Assembly (NCBI GenBank): GCA_963801165.1
Contig: CAWDDT010000004.1
Location: 704,001-768,000 of the forward strand
Direction of reading: 5' to 3'
Origin: an uncultured bacterium
GTDB taxonomy: Bacteria; Actinomycetota; Acidimicrobiia; Spongiisociales; UBA5794
DNA: 64,000 nucleotides
Part shown: positions 41,140 through 51,228 of the stretch, in pieces
Layout of the letters: every line of letters starts with the position of its first letter
Numbering within the stretch: position 1 is the stretch's first letter
Made by a program: the position numbers and the translations under genes
The notes under the pieces: model-generated
Told to the model about the DNA's origin: nothing
What the model saw: only the letters and a program-made list of their open reading frames with translations
Database searches by the model: none

Positions 41140-41802
41140 GGTCGTCATCGAGAGACCGCTCGACGAGCCTTTAGCGAGTGTGACCGGCGATTCCGCCATG
41201 GTGCCTCCAGCCTTGCGGATCCGGACCAGCAGCTCGAGGTCGAAGGCGTAGCGACGGGTCATCAGGTCGGGCAGGCTGTCCTCCAGCACGCCACGTCGGA
41301 ACACTTTGAGACCGGTTTGGGTCTCGTGAACCGGCAATCGGAACAAGACCCGATTCACCGCTACGAAGGAGCGGCTGAGGATGCGTCGCAGCAGCGGGTA
41401 GCGGCCGGGAGCCATCGCCGACCGCTTGGCCCCAACCAGGACATCGACGCCCATTCGCCTGAACTCGTTCAGGAATCCGGGAAGCTGCTCGGGCGGGAGG
41501 TCGAGATCGGAGTCGAGGAAAATGACCGTCCCTGCTCGGGAGGCGGCGAACCCTTCTCGCAGCGCACTGCCCTTGCCGCGATTGACCGGGTAACTGATGA
41601 CCGTGACGAATGGATGTTCCTGTGCGGCCTTCTCCGCCTGCTCCCTGGTGCCGTCGGTGCTGCCGTCGTCGATGACGATCAGCTCGACGTCGGGCCAATC
41701 GGCGACCACGGCGGCAACCCGCCCGACGTTTGCGGCGATCACTGGTTCGAGTTGGTACGCAGGCATCAGGATGGCGACACCGGCCGATGGAGAATGCGGC
41801 AT
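41083..41802 (-). CDS. Polyprenyl-phosphate glycosyltransferase (DPM1/GtrB-like GT2)
   Basis: MPAYQ, IDDGSTDGT, NRGKG.A, FLDSDLD, ETQTGLK, FDLELL. Confidence 0.85.
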   Translation of the reverse strand: MPHSPSAGVAILMPAYQLEPVIAANVGRVAAVVADWPDVELIVIDDGSTDGTREQAEKAAQEHPFVTVISYPVNRGKGSALREGFAASRAGTVIFLDSDLDLPPEQLPGFLNEFRRMGVDVLVGAKRSAMAPGRYPLLRRILSRSFVAVNRVLFRLPVHETQTGLKVFRRGVLEDSLPDLMTRRYAFDLELLVRIRKAGGTMAESPVTLAKGSSSGLSMTTLWEMGRDTIRIWLRSFGW

Positions 41803-41868
41803 TGGCCCTGGAGTCTAGATTGCCCCGCGTGTTGGGCGACCTCGCTGCGACGAACGTAAGATCGTGCC

Positions 41869-43389
41869 ATGCGATTCAACGACATCTTCAAGGCGTACGA
41901 CATAAGGGGAACCGTCCCCGATCAACTCGACGAGGAGGCCGCACGCCGGATCGGCGCCGCGTTCGCTCGTTTTGCCGGTGCCGGCCGCATCGCGGTCGGT
42001 CAGGACTGTCGTGAGTCATCCCCGGGCCTCGCCGCGGCGCTCATCGACGGCATCACGTCCCAGGGCGTCGACGTCGACGACCTCGGGATGATCACGACCG
42101 ACATGGTCTATTACGCCACCGGGGCTCTCGATCGACCCGGGGCCATGATCACCGCCAGCCACAATCCCAAGGGCTACAACGGGATCAAGCTCTGTCTGGC
42201 CGGGGCAGCTCCTGTCGGGGTCGACACCGGGCTCGTCGAGATCAAGAACTGGGCCGAAGAAGGGATCGAGTCTGCCGGGGTGAGCGGCGAAGCAACCAAC
42301 ACCGACGTGCTGTCCGGCTACATCGACCACCTGATGTCGATTGTGGACACTGCGCAGATGTCGGAGTTGAGCGTCATCGTCGACGGCGGCAACGGGGTCG
42401 CCGGGGTGGCCGTTCCCACCGTCTTCGACAGAATCCCGGCGCGGCTGACCGGTCTTTACCTCGAGCCGGACGGGGACTTCCCCAACCATCATCCCGACCC
42501 GCTCCGTCCTGAGAATCTCGTTGACCTGGAAGCCCGGATGCGTACCGAGCCGTACGACCTCGGCGTCGCCTTTGACGGAGATGCCGATCGCGCGTTCTTT
42601 ATCGACGACGGGCTCCGGCCCCTGCCGGGCAGCACCATCACGGCAATCATCGCAGGATGGTTTCTGAGTAAACACCCGGGCGAGAAGATCGTCCACAACC
42701 TCATCTGCTCGAAGGTTGTGCCGGAATCGGTGCTCGCCGCCGGTGGTGAGCCGGTGCGAACCCGTGTCGGCCATTCGTACATCAAACAGGTGATGAAGGA
42801 GACGGGAGCCATCTTCGGAGGCGAGCATTCCGGCCACTACTACTTCCGCGACAACTACCGGGCCGACTCGGGAATCCTGGCAATGCTGGTGCTTCTCCAG
42901 GTTCTTGCCGAGGACGGCAGGCCGCTATCGGAGCTGCGCACCCAATACGAGCCTTATGCGCAGTCGGGCGAGATCAACTTTGATGTTCGAGACAAGGAAG
43001 CGGCCATCGCCACGATCGCAGCAGAGTTCTCCGGGAAGCAGGATCGGCTCGATGGCTTGACGATTGATCAGGGCACGACCTGGTTTAACGTGCGTCCTTC
43101 CAACACCGAGCCCGTGCTCAGGCTCAACGTCGAGGCGCCCACAGCAGAGGAGGTCGCCGTAGTTGTTGAGCGGGTGAGGTCGATTGTTGCGGCAGGTTCG
43201 CGAGGCGGTCCGCGAGAAGGAGGCCTTTTGCCGCCAGGGCTCCTCGACATCCTGAGATGTCCCTCCTGTCACGAAACGCTGCGCGAGATCGAGGATCCGC
43301 CCTCGCTGTTGTGCACCGGCTGCGGGCTGCGATACCCGGTCGAGGATGGCATCCCGGTGATGCTCATCGAAGAAGCTCAGCCGACGTAG
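41869..43389 (+). CDS. manB: Phosphomannomutase/phosphoglucomutase fused to a C-terminal Trm112-like (UPF0434) domain
   Basis: FKAYDIRG, TASHNP, FDGDADR, GGEHSGH, RPSNTEP; then LLDILRCPSC...CTGCG..YPVEDGIPVML. Confidence 0.9.
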   Translation: MRFNDIFKAYDIRGTVPDQLDEEAARRIGAAFARFAGAGRIAVGQDCRESSPGLAAALIDGITSQGVDVDDLGMITTDMVYYATGALDRPGAMITASHNPKGYNGIKLCLAGAAPVGVDTGLVEIKNWAEEGIESAGVSGEATNTDVLSGYIDHLMSIVDTAQMSELSVIVDGGNGVAGVAVPTVFDRIPARLTGLYLEPDGDFPNHHPDPLRPENLVDLEARMRTEPYDLGVAFDGDADRAFFIDDGLRPLPGSTITAIIAGWFLSKHPGEKIVHNLICSKVVPESVLAAGGEPVRTRVGHSYIKQVMKETGAIFGGEHSGHYYFRDNYRADSGILAMLVLLQVLAEDGRPLSELRTQYEPYAQSGEINFDVRDKEAAIATIAAEFSGKQDRLDGLTIDQGTTWFNVRPSNTEPVLRLNVEAPTAEEVAVVVERVRSIVAAGSRGGPREGGLLPPGLLDILRCPSCHETLREIEDPPSLLCTGCGLRYPVEDGIPVMLIEEAQPT

Positions 43390-43435
43390 GCAGCTTGGTG
43401 TTCGGATGCGATCGAACTTCAACCGACCCTTTGCG

Positions 43436-43795
43436 CTAGGGCGCGCTCGTACCCTCGCGGCCGTAGTCGTCTTCCAGGCGGACTACGTCGTCCAGTTCTG
43501 GTGATGACACCTCGATGAGTTTGACGTCGGTAATCGCCTCGAAGCGATGGACCAGTCCCGTTGGGATCCGCCGGAACTCGCCCGGGCCCATCTCGATTTG
43601 CTCGACCTCACCCCGGTCGTTCTCGAGATGGAGGTTGAGCGTCCCGTCGACCACGTAGATGGACTCATCTTTCTCGCGATGGAGCTGCAGGGAGAGCCGT
43701 TTCCGGGCATCGATCGAGATCAGTTTTCCGACGTACCGATCGGTATGTGTCCAGATCAGCTCACTGCCCCACGGCTTTTTCACGAACGTGCTCAT
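43436..43795 (-). CDS. Cupin domain protein (type II mannose-6-phosphate isomerase C-terminal-like)
   Basis: [35 protein letters not shown]. Confidence 0.85.
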   Translation of the reverse strand: MSTFVKKPWGSELIWTHTDRYVGKLISIDARKRLSLQLHREKDESIYVVDGTLNLHLENDRGEVEQIEMGPGEFRRIPTGLVHRFEAITDVKLIEVSSPELDDVVRLEDDYGREGTSAP

Positions 43796-43866
43796 CGCCC
43801 CTCCTGGCCAGGATCGCGTTCCAGCAGGTTAGCGTTAGGGGACAATCGCCCCGGTATGGAGGAACC

Positions 43867-43920
43867 ATCGTGGATTATGACATCGTGGATCATGACGTCG
43901 TGGATCATGACGTCGCGGAT
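43867..43920. repeat. 15-bp in-frame tandem repeat at the ahcY start
   Basis: atcgtggattatgac atcgtggatcatgac gtcgtggatcatgac gtcgcggat. Confidence 0.88.
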
Positions 43921-45147
43921 TCGACGCTGGCTGAGCTCGGCGACCGCCGCATCGAATGGGCCGAGCGCCGTATGCCGGTGTTGCGGGCCATAAGGGAGCG
44001 CTTCGGACGCGAGAAGCCCTTGACCGGTGTGACGGTCGGCGCATGCATGCATGTCACCTCGGAGACCGCGAATCTGATGCACGTGCTGCGTGCCGGTGGG
44101 GCCCGGGTGAGCCTGTGCGCATCGAACCCGCTTTCGACCCAGGATGACGTCGCCGCCGCGTTGGTTGCGGCCGGGATACCGGTGTTCGCGATACGTGGCG
44201 AAGACTCCGACACGTTCTACCGCCACATCAGCGCCGTTCTGGACACCAGGCCAGATCTTGTGTTCGACGATGGTTGTGACATGACAACGGTCCTTCACGA
44301 GCAGCGGGCGGACCAGCCCGTGATTGGTGGCATGGAGGAGACGACCACCGGTGTGATCCGTCTCCGTGCGATGCAGAAGGCCGGCGTGCTCCGATTTCCG
44401 GTTGTCGCCGTGAACGATTCGGACACCAAGCATCTGTTCGACAACCGGCACGGCACCGGGCAATCGTCGCTCGACGGGATCCTGCGCGCCTCCAACATCC
44501 TGTTTGCCGGTCGGACGGTCGTTGTGGCCGGATACGGCGATTGTGGGTACGGCATCGCCAACAGAGCAGACGGGCTAGGGGCCAGCGTGATCGTCGTCGA
44601 GTCGAACCCGGTGCGTGCGCTCTCGGCCGCCATGGACGGCCACCGGGTGATGACCAGCCGCGACGCGGCACCTCTCGGTGATGTGTTCATCTCTGCGACC
44701 GGTGACATCCACGTCTTCCGCAAGGAGCACTTTGCGGTGATGAAGGACAGCGCCATTCTGGCCAATGCCGGTCACTTCGATGTGGAGCTTGACCTGAAGG
44801 AGCTGGCCGAGATGGCCCAAGGCTACCGTGAGCTCAGGGACAATCTCGGCGAGTATGCCCTCCCGGACGGGAAACGTCTGATGGTCGTTGCCGAGGGCCG
44901 GTTGGTGAACCTGGGTGCCGCGGAGGGTCACCCGGCTGACGTCATGGACATGTCGTTCGCCGACCAGGCGCTCGCAGCCGAGTGGTTGAAGGAGAACGGC
45001 CCATCGCTCGACCCCGACGTCTACGTGCTACCTCAGGAGCTCGACTACGAGGTAGCCCGGCTCAAGCTGGAGTCGATGGGCGGAGGCCTCGAGATTCTGA
45101 CGGCGGAGCAGGACGACTACCTGGGTTCGTGGCAGCACGGGACCTGA
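43870..45147 (+). CDS. ahcY: Adenosylhomocysteinase
   Basis: [61 protein letters not shown] before GTG 43870. Confidence 0.95.
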   Translation: MDYDIVDHDVVDHDVADSTLAELGDRRIEWAERRMPVLRAIRERFGREKPLTGVTVGACMHVTSETANLMHVLRAGGARVSLCASNPLSTQDDVAAALVAAGIPVFAIRGEDSDTFYRHISAVLDTRPDLVFDDGCDMTTVLHEQRADQPVIGGMEETTTGVIRLRAMQKAGVLRFPVVAVNDSDTKHLFDNRHGTGQSSLDGILRASNILFAGRTVVVAGYGDCGYGIANRADGLGASVIVVESNPVRALSAAMDGHRVMTSRDAAPLGDVFISATGDIHVFRKEHFAVMKDSAILANAGHFDVELDLKELAEMAQGYRELRDNLGEYALPDGKRLMVVAEGRLVNLGAAEGHPADVMDMSFADQALAAEWLKENGPSLDPDVYVLPQELDYEVARLKLESMGGGLEILTAEQDDYLGSWQHGT

Positions 45148-45171
45148 GACGGAATCCGCACCGGCGTCTGG

Positions 45172-45993
45172 TCATGACCTGGCTTCGGCTGCCGCCCGGT
45201 TGCCGACGACACGCAGATCGACAAGCACTTTGTCGTCGTCGCGGCGGCGTCTGTCGGCGCCGGCGACGATCGTACGGATCTGCTCGTCGCTGAGCCGGTT
45301 GTGTCGGAGAAGCGCATCTCGGAGCTCGACAACCAAATGCCGATTTTCCAATATGGTTCTCACCGTGTCCTGCTTGACTGCGCGGAGGAGCGTTTCGAGG
45401 TCTTTGCGTGTTCTGGCGTCGTCTAGGACCCTCCTGGTGAACTCGCGCCTGCCCCGTGTTGCCGACGCCAGTGACACCGGCGACTCGGTCATTCCGTACC
45501 GTCCGACCATGTTGATGGCGATATCCGTGGCCCGGGCGAGATCTGCCGCCGCATGGGCGGCGCTCTCCCCGGCGAACAGCTCCTCGGCCACCGCACCGCC
45601 CAGGATGACCAACATTTCGGATCGCAGCGCCGTCTCGGTAGAGGGTGTCACTACCGACCTCGGAGGGTTGCAGCCTCCGCTCAATGTGACGTTCCGGATA
45701 CGGCTCGGATCGGTGACGTGGGCGGCCACGATGTGACCAGCCTGGTGGGTGGCCAGCATCTGGCGCAGTGCGGGGATGGCGAGTGCCGATCCGCTCAGCC
45801 GGGTGCGCCACAGTGCCAAAACGAGAGCGACAGTGATCGTCGAGAGGAATATGGTCAGCGCCACGTAGGCGCTGCGGACAGCGATCTGCCGGTATGGGGC
45901 GATGGTGATCAGACCCCACAGCCCGAGGTTGACAACGACCAGCCCGGCTACAGCTGCTCGATCGCGAAGATATCGGCCGTCGTGCCCGCTCAT
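45172..45993 (-). CDS. Membrane protein with FtsH peptidase-M41-like domain, no AAA domain, HEXXH degenerate to HQAGH
   Basis: Two TM helices, LATHQAGH, LGGAVAEEL, ADLARAT.IA..MV.RYGM. Confidence 0.75.
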   Translation of the reverse strand: MSGHDGRYLRDRAAVAGLVVVNLGLWGLITIAPYRQIAVRSAYVALTIFLSTITVALVLALWRTRLSGSALAIPALRQMLATHQAGHIVAAHVTDPSRIRNVTLSGGCNPPRSVVTPSTETALRSEMLVILGGAVAEELFAGESAAHAAADLARATDIAINMVGRYGMTESPVSLASATRGRREFTRRVLDDARTRKDLETLLRAVKQDTVRTILENRHLVVELRDALLRHNRLSDEQIRTIVAGADRRRRDDDKVLVDLRVVGNRAAAEARS

Positions 45994-46162
45994 TCCTACC
46001 TACGTCTCTCGTACCCCGGTGGGGTCTTGTACGCCAATCCCAAACCGATAGTAGAACACTCTAAGTATTGCGGTTAGCCACATATAGTGGTCTTCCCGTG
46101 GAACTAGTCATCCTCCTGACTCGAAATGCGGGTGTGTCCCCGCCGGTTGATACGGTGCTCAA

Positions 46163-46777
46163 ATGGCTATTTGCCTCACCTGTAGCTCATGGTCCCGGAA
46201 CCCGTTGTGTGTGCGGTGCCGGCGGCTCCTGGTTCCCGTTGGCCCGGTCGCCGAGCATGGCGTCGAGGTGTGCAGCGGATACCGGCATGAGACGGTTGCC
46301 CGTCGCCTTGTCCATCTGCTCAAGTATCACGGGATAGTCGCCGCGGCGGTGCCCCTTGCCGACGCTATGGCCCACCGGTTGCCTGCAGACACGGCAGGTT
46401 TGATCCCTGTTCCCCGGGCCCTAGTGCGCCGGTCGCGGTACGGCGTCGATCCTGCCGTCGAGTTGGCGACTCGAGTTTCCCGGATCACAGGTATCCCGGT
46501 CTTGACGCTGCTGCGCTCCCGGCTGTGGTGGCCCGCACACGCCGGTAACGATCGTGTCTCGCGCCGAACGCCGCGGTTTCGTCTCGTCGATTGTGCGCCA
46601 TCGGGTGCGCTTCTGGTCGACGATGTGCTCACCACGGGTGTCACCCTGGCGACGGCGGGCGAGTTGGTCGGGGTGCGCCGTGCGGTCACCGGCACCCGAG
46701 CCTGTGTTGCAGGGTTTGATAGGATTGGTGCAGACCGACAGCAACAGCGGAGTAGCTTTGCCAAGAGCACTCGATAG
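46163..46777 (+). CDS. ComF family phosphoribosyltransferase-like protein
   Basis: N-terminal CxxC...CxxC, LKYHG, IPVP, LVDDVLTTGVTL; position before hpf. Confidence 0.8.
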   Translation: MAICLTCSSWSRNPLCVRCRRLLVPVGPVAEHGVEVCSGYRHETVARRLVHLLKYHGIVAAAVPLADAMAHRLPADTAGLIPVPRALVRRSRYGVDPAVELATRVSRITGIPVLTLLRSRLWWPAHAGNDRVSRRTPRFRLVDCAPSGALLVDDVLTTGVTLATAGELVGVRRAVTGTRACVAGFDRIGADRQQQRSSFAKSTR

Positions 46778-46867
46778 CATCTCGATCCTTCGGGTGGAGA
46801 CGCGGTTGGGAAGATCCGTAGGTCGATCCCCACGATTTCTGAGTTCGCCCTGTCGAAAGGAGCCAAG

Positions 46868-47419
46868 GTGGACGTACGCGTACACGGTAGAAACGCCCGA
46901 GTCGACGACAAGGTATCGGAGCTGGCCGCCGAGAAGATTGGTCACGCTGGACGTATCTTCGACGACGGTGCGGTTGCCGATGTCGAGCTGTCGGAGTTGC
47001 GGAACCCGCGCCTGTCCGATCTGCGTTTCAAAGTGGAGGTGACGACCCATACCGCCGGCAACACCGTACGCGTTGTCTCTACGGCTCCCGACGCTCTGGC
47101 TGCGGTCGATCTCGCCGCCGCCAAGTTTGAGCGGCAGCTGCGCCGTCTCAAGGAGAGGCTCATCCAGAGGTCGCGCAAGCGGGACAACAAACTGCTCAAT
47201 GAGGTTCCGCCGATGTCCGATGAAGACGGGGACGACGGGCCGCTGCCAATCGTGCGTACCAAACGCTTTGCGATGCGGCCAATGACAGCGGAGGAAGCTG
47301 GATTGCAGATGGAGATGCTCGGACATGACTTCTTCTTCTTCCTTGACGCCGAGAGCGGCAAGTTCAGCGTCCTGTACCACCGCGATGACGGAGATCTAGG
47401 ACTTATCGAGCCCGAATGA
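46868..47419 (+). CDS. hpf: Ribosome hibernation promoting factor (long HPF)
   Basis: GRN, AAVD.A..K.ERQLRR.K, PMT.EEA.LQME.LGHDFF.F, VLY.R.DG..GLIEP. Confidence 0.92.
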   Translation: MDVRVHGRNARVDDKVSELAAEKIGHAGRIFDDGAVADVELSELRNPRLSDLRFKVEVTTHTAGNTVRVVSTAPDALAAVDLAAAKFERQLRRLKERLIQRSRKRDNKLLNEVPPMSDEDGDDGPLPIVRTKRFAMRPMTAEEAGLQMEMLGHDFFFFLDAESGKFSVLYHRDDGDLGLIEPE

Positions 47420-48066
47420 CACGATTGCTTGTAGTTGATGATGTGCCCCTGTTCAGGGCCGGGTTGTCCTCGGCCCTCAACGAGGCAGGCTTCGAGGTTG
47501 TCGGTGAGGCCGGCAACGCCGAGGATGCCGTCGCGCAAGCTGAGATGCATCAGCCCGATCTTGTGCTACTCGACGTTCTCATGCCGGGGCTTTCCGGTCT
47601 CGACGTCGTCGGTAAGATCGGCGCCGTTTCGGAGGATTCGCAGGTGATTCTGCTCACGGGCAGCGAGTCTGAAGAGGACATGATCCAGGCGATCAAGTCC
47701 GGAGCGCGTGGCTACATCGTCAAGGATATGCCGTTTGCCCACCTCGTCGATCTGATCCGTGCGGTCTCTGACGGTGGCGCTGCGTTCTCGCCCAAGATGG
47801 CCGGGAAGGTGGTCGACGTGCTCCGCCAACTGCTACGGCACCAGGAGCTGTTCAAGTCACGCAAACCGACTCTCACCGGTCGGGAGATCGAGGTTCTCCA
47901 GTTTGTCGCCAAGGGGATGACGAGCCGGGAGATCGGCGACCGCCTCTTCATCTCGGAGAACACGGTCAAGAACCACATCCGCAACATCCTCGACAAGCTC
48001 GGTCTCCATTCTCGCAACGAGGCCGTCCTCTACGCCCTACGCGAGGACTTCATAACCCTGGACTGA
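47416..48066 (+). CDS. NarL/LuxR family response regulator (orphan)
   Basis: VVDD, LLDVLMP, GARGYIVK, LTGREIEVL, LFISENTVKNHIRNIL.KL. Confidence 0.92.
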   Translation: MTRLLVVDDVPLFRAGLSSALNEAGFEVVGEAGNAEDAVAQAEMHQPDLVLLDVLMPGLSGLDVVGKIGAVSEDSQVILLTGSESEEDMIQAIKSGARGYIVKDMPFAHLVDLIRAVSDGGAAFSPKMAGKVVDVLRQLLRHQELFKSRKPTLTGREIEVLQFVAKGMTSREIGDRLFISENTVKNHIRNILDKLGLHSRNEAVLYALREDFITLD

Positions 48067-48110
48067 GCGTCAGTTTCGCTGGCGTTTGAGTTCTGCGCCG
48101 CAGAGCTCAG
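48067..48110 (-). repeat. Palindromic element, inverted copy of the 51114/51169 family
   Basis: Reverse complement ctgagctctgcggcgcagaactcaaacgccagcgaaactgacgc resembles gagttctgcgcagcagaactcaaacctcaacgaagttgaggcg. Confidence 0.75.
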
Positions 48111-48192
48111 GCCCACGGCCAGGTTGCAGTCTTGCCACGGCTTCGCTGACACGTACCCAATACGCCCTCCTGTCCCTACAATTGGCTTCCAC

Positions 48193-50835
48193 ATGGACAT
48201 CTTCAACAAACTCCTGCGCGTCGGCGAAGGCAAACACCTCAAACAGCTCGAGAAGCTCGCAGTACTAGTGAACGATCTCGAACCGGAATATGAATCGCTC
48301 AGCGACGAGGAACTCCGTTCCAAGACCGGCGAATTCCGCGCCCGGCTGAAGGCGGGGGAGACCCTCGACGATATCGAAGCTGAAGCGTTTGCCACGGTCC
48401 GTGAGGCTGCAAAGCGTGTGCTCGGGCAGCGTCCCTACGACGTCCAGGTCGTAGGTGCCGGTGCGATGGCGCGGGGCATGATCGCCGAGATGAAGACCGG
48501 TGAGGGCAAGACTCTGGTTTCCACGATGCCGGCGTATCTGAATGCCCTGACCGGCAACGGCGTTCACATGGTCACCGTGAACGATTACCTGGTCGCCCGT
48601 GACGCAGACTGGATGGGAGCCGTCCATCGTTTCCTCGGTCTCGAGGTTGGTCTCATCCTCTCCAACATGACGCCCGCCGAGCGGCGGCCGGCGTACGCAG
48701 CCGACATCACATATGGCACCAACAACGAGTTCGGGTTCGACTACCTCCGCGACAACATGACCATGCGTCCCGAGGACATGGTGCAGCGGGGCCACGCCTA
48801 CGCCATTGTGGACGAGGTCGACTCGATCCTCGTCGATGAGGCCCGGACACCGCTCATCATCTCCGGTCGGGTGGGCGAAACGGGGAAGTGGTATCGCGAC
48901 TTCGCCCGTATCGCCAACACCCTTCATCGTGATATCCACTATGAGGTGGACGAGAAGAAGCGTCAGGTGATGACCACGGAGGACGGCGTTCACAAGGTCG
49001 AGCAGGTGCTCGGCGTCGAGAACATGTACGACTTCGCCAACGTCGACCTGATCCATCACCTCGACGTTGCGCTCAAGGCAAAGGAACTGTACGAGCGCGA
49101 CGTCGACTACCTGATCCGTGACGGTGAAGTCAAGATCGTCGACGAGTTCACCGGCCGTGTCCTCGACGGCAGGCGCTACTCGGAAGGTCTCCACCAGGGG
49201 ATCGAGGCAAAAGAGGGCGTCAGGATCAAGGAAGAGAACCAGACGCTGGCCACGATCACCCTGCAGAACTACTTCCGCATGTACGACAAGCTCGCCGGGA
49301 TGACCGGGACGGCAGCGACGGAGGCAGGCGAATTTAACGAGATCTACAAACTCAACGTGGTCGAGGTGCCTACCAACGTCCCCATCGCCCGGATCGATCA
49401 GGGCGACGTCGTCTATATCGACGAGGACGCCAAGTTCGATGCCCTTATCGCGGACATCACGGAGCGCCACAACAATGGTCAGCCCATTCTCGTCGGCACC
49501 GTCTCCATCGAGAAGTCGGAGCGGTTGTCGAACCATCTCAACAAGCGCGGCATAAAGCACGAGGTGCTCAATGCCAAGCAGCACAGCCGGGAGGCGCAGA
49601 TCATCGCCCAGGCCGGTCAGCCCGGTGCTGTGACCGTTGCCACCAACATGGCCGGTCGTGGCGTCGACATCGCCCTTGGCGGCAATGCCGAGGAGCTGGC
49701 GAAGGCGGAGCTCCGCAGACAAGAGATGTACAAGGACAACGAGGGATACGACGAAGAGCTGGCGCGGCTGACCGAGAAGTACGCCGAGGAAACAGGCTCG
49801 GCCCGCGAGCGAGTGCTGGCCGCCGGCGGTCTCTACGTGCTCGGCACCGAACGTCACGAGTCCCGGCGGATCGACAACCAGTTGCGCGGTCGGTCCGGGC
49901 GCCAGGGTGACCCGGGCGAGTCGCGTTTCTACCTCTCGCTCGAGGACGACTTGATGCGCCGGTTCGCCCACGACCGGGTCGCGTCGATCATGACCCGGCT
50001 CAAGATCCCGCGCGACGTGCCCATCGAGCACAAGATGGTGAGCAAGGCCGTCGAACGAGCGCAGAGCCAGGTGGAGGCGCAGAACTTCGAGATCCGCAAG
50101 AACGTTCTCGAATACGACGAGGTGATGAACACCCAGCGAAAGATCATCTACGAATGGCGGAACCGCATCCTCCTCGGCGAGGATCCCGGGCCGCTGATCG
50201 CCGGATGGCGCACCGAGGTCATCGAAGGTCATGTGCGCGCCCTGACCGAGAAAATCGATCCGGATGAGTGGGATTGGGATGCGCTGACCGAGCAGCTCAC
50301 GACGATCTACACCCCGTCGATTGGTCGAGACAGCTTCGACCATCCCCTCGATCTCACTCCCGATGAGGCGGTTGACGCCTATCTCGAGGACGCCGTCAAT
50401 GCCTACGAGGCGCGCGAGGAGGAGCTCGGCGCTGAGGTGCTACACCGGCTGGAACGAACCGTCACGCTGTCAATCATCGACAACAAGTGGCGTGAGCACC
50501 TGGCGGATATGGACTACCTGCGTTCCGGCATCGGGCTACGCGCGATGGCGCAGAAAGACCCTCTCGTCGAGTACCAGCGCGAGGGATACGACATGTTCTC
50601 CGAGCTCGTGGATTCCGTCAAGGAAGACACGCTGCGATACATGTACCACGTCAGGGTCGAGCGCCAGCAGGCTCCGCAACGGCCGGCGGCGATTCAGACC
50701 TCGGGTCCCGACTCATCGAAGCGCACCGTCCGCGTCAAGGACAAGATCGGTCGCAACGATCCTTGCCCGTGCGGCTCGGGCAAGAAGTACAAGGTATGTC
50801 ACGGCAAGGCCGGCGCCGCGCCACTGGCCGGCTGA
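48193..50835 (+). CDS. secA: Preprotein translocase subunit SecA
   Basis: [63 protein letters not shown]-terminal [13 protein letters not shown]. Confidence 0.97.
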   Translation: MDIFNKLLRVGEGKHLKQLEKLAVLVNDLEPEYESLSDEELRSKTGEFRARLKAGETLDDIEAEAFATVREAAKRVLGQRPYDVQVVGAGAMARGMIAEMKTGEGKTLVSTMPAYLNALTGNGVHMVTVNDYLVARDADWMGAVHRFLGLEVGLILSNMTPAERRPAYAADITYGTNNEFGFDYLRDNMTMRPEDMVQRGHAYAIVDEVDSILVDEARTPLIISGRVGETGKWYRDFARIANTLHRDIHYEVDEKKRQVMTTEDGVHKVEQVLGVENMYDFANVDLIHHLDVALKAKELYERDVDYLIRDGEVKIVDEFTGRVLDGRRYSEGLHQGIEAKEGVRIKEENQTLATITLQNYFRMYDKLAGMTGTAATEAGEFNEIYKLNVVEVPTNVPIARIDQGDVVYIDEDAKFDALIADITERHNNGQPILVGTVSIEKSERLSNHLNKRGIKHEVLNAKQHSREAQIIAQAGQPGAVTVATNMAGRGVDIALGGNAEELAKAELRRQEMYKDNEGYDEELARLTEKYAEETGSARERVLAAGGLYVLGTERHESRRIDNQLRGRSGRQGDPGESRFYLSLEDDLMRRFAHDRVASIMTRLKIPRDVPIEHKMVSKAVERAQSQVEAQNFEIRKNVLEYDEVMNTQRKIIYEWRNRILLGEDPGPLIAGWRTEVIEGHVRALTEKIDPDEWDWDALTEQLTTIYTPSIGRDSFDHPLDLTPDEAVDAYLEDAVNAYEAREEELGAEVLHRLERTVTLSIIDNKWREHLADMDYLRSGIGLRAMAQKDPLVEYQREGYDMFSELVDSVKEDTLRYMYHVRVERQQAPQRPAAIQTSGPDSSKRTVRVKDKIGRNDPCPCGSGKKYKVCHGKAGAAPLAG

Positions 50836-50844
50836 GCGAACTCT

Positions 50845-51211
50845 CTTCTCCCTTTGGGGGAAGTGGCCGAGTGCAGCGAGGTCGATGGGGGCCTTGTGGA
50901 ATTCGGGATCTGAGAGAAGGACGGCCCTCCCCGACCTGGCCCTTCGGGCCGGTCGGCCCTCCCAGAGGGAGGGTGAATGCCTTTCCCGTGCGGCGGATTT
51001 CGCCGAGCGCAGCGGGGTCGGACCGGACGGCCCTCCCCGACCTGGCCCTTCGGGCCGGTCGGCCCTCCCAGAGGGAGGGTGAATGACCCAAACCTCAACG
51101 ATCCGCGCTGGCCGAGTTCTGCGCAGCCCAACTCAAACCTGAGCGAAGTTGAGGCGTCCCCTATGGCTGAGTTCTGCGCAGCAGAACTCAAACCTCAACG
51201 AAGTTGAGGCG
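50845..51211. repeat. Mosaic cluster of three palindromic REP-like families between secA and prfB
   Basis: 50845-50900 is an inverted copy of the 27811 unit; identical 61-bp units at 50919-50979 and 51025-51085; 43-bp units at 51114-51156 and 51169-51211. Confidence 0.88.
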
Positions 51212-51228
51212 ACTACCATCGCACAGCC

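Noticed and set aside
43796-43869. SAH riboswitch upstream of ahcY
   Set aside because: Short divergent intergenic region with no recognisable riboswitch consensus.
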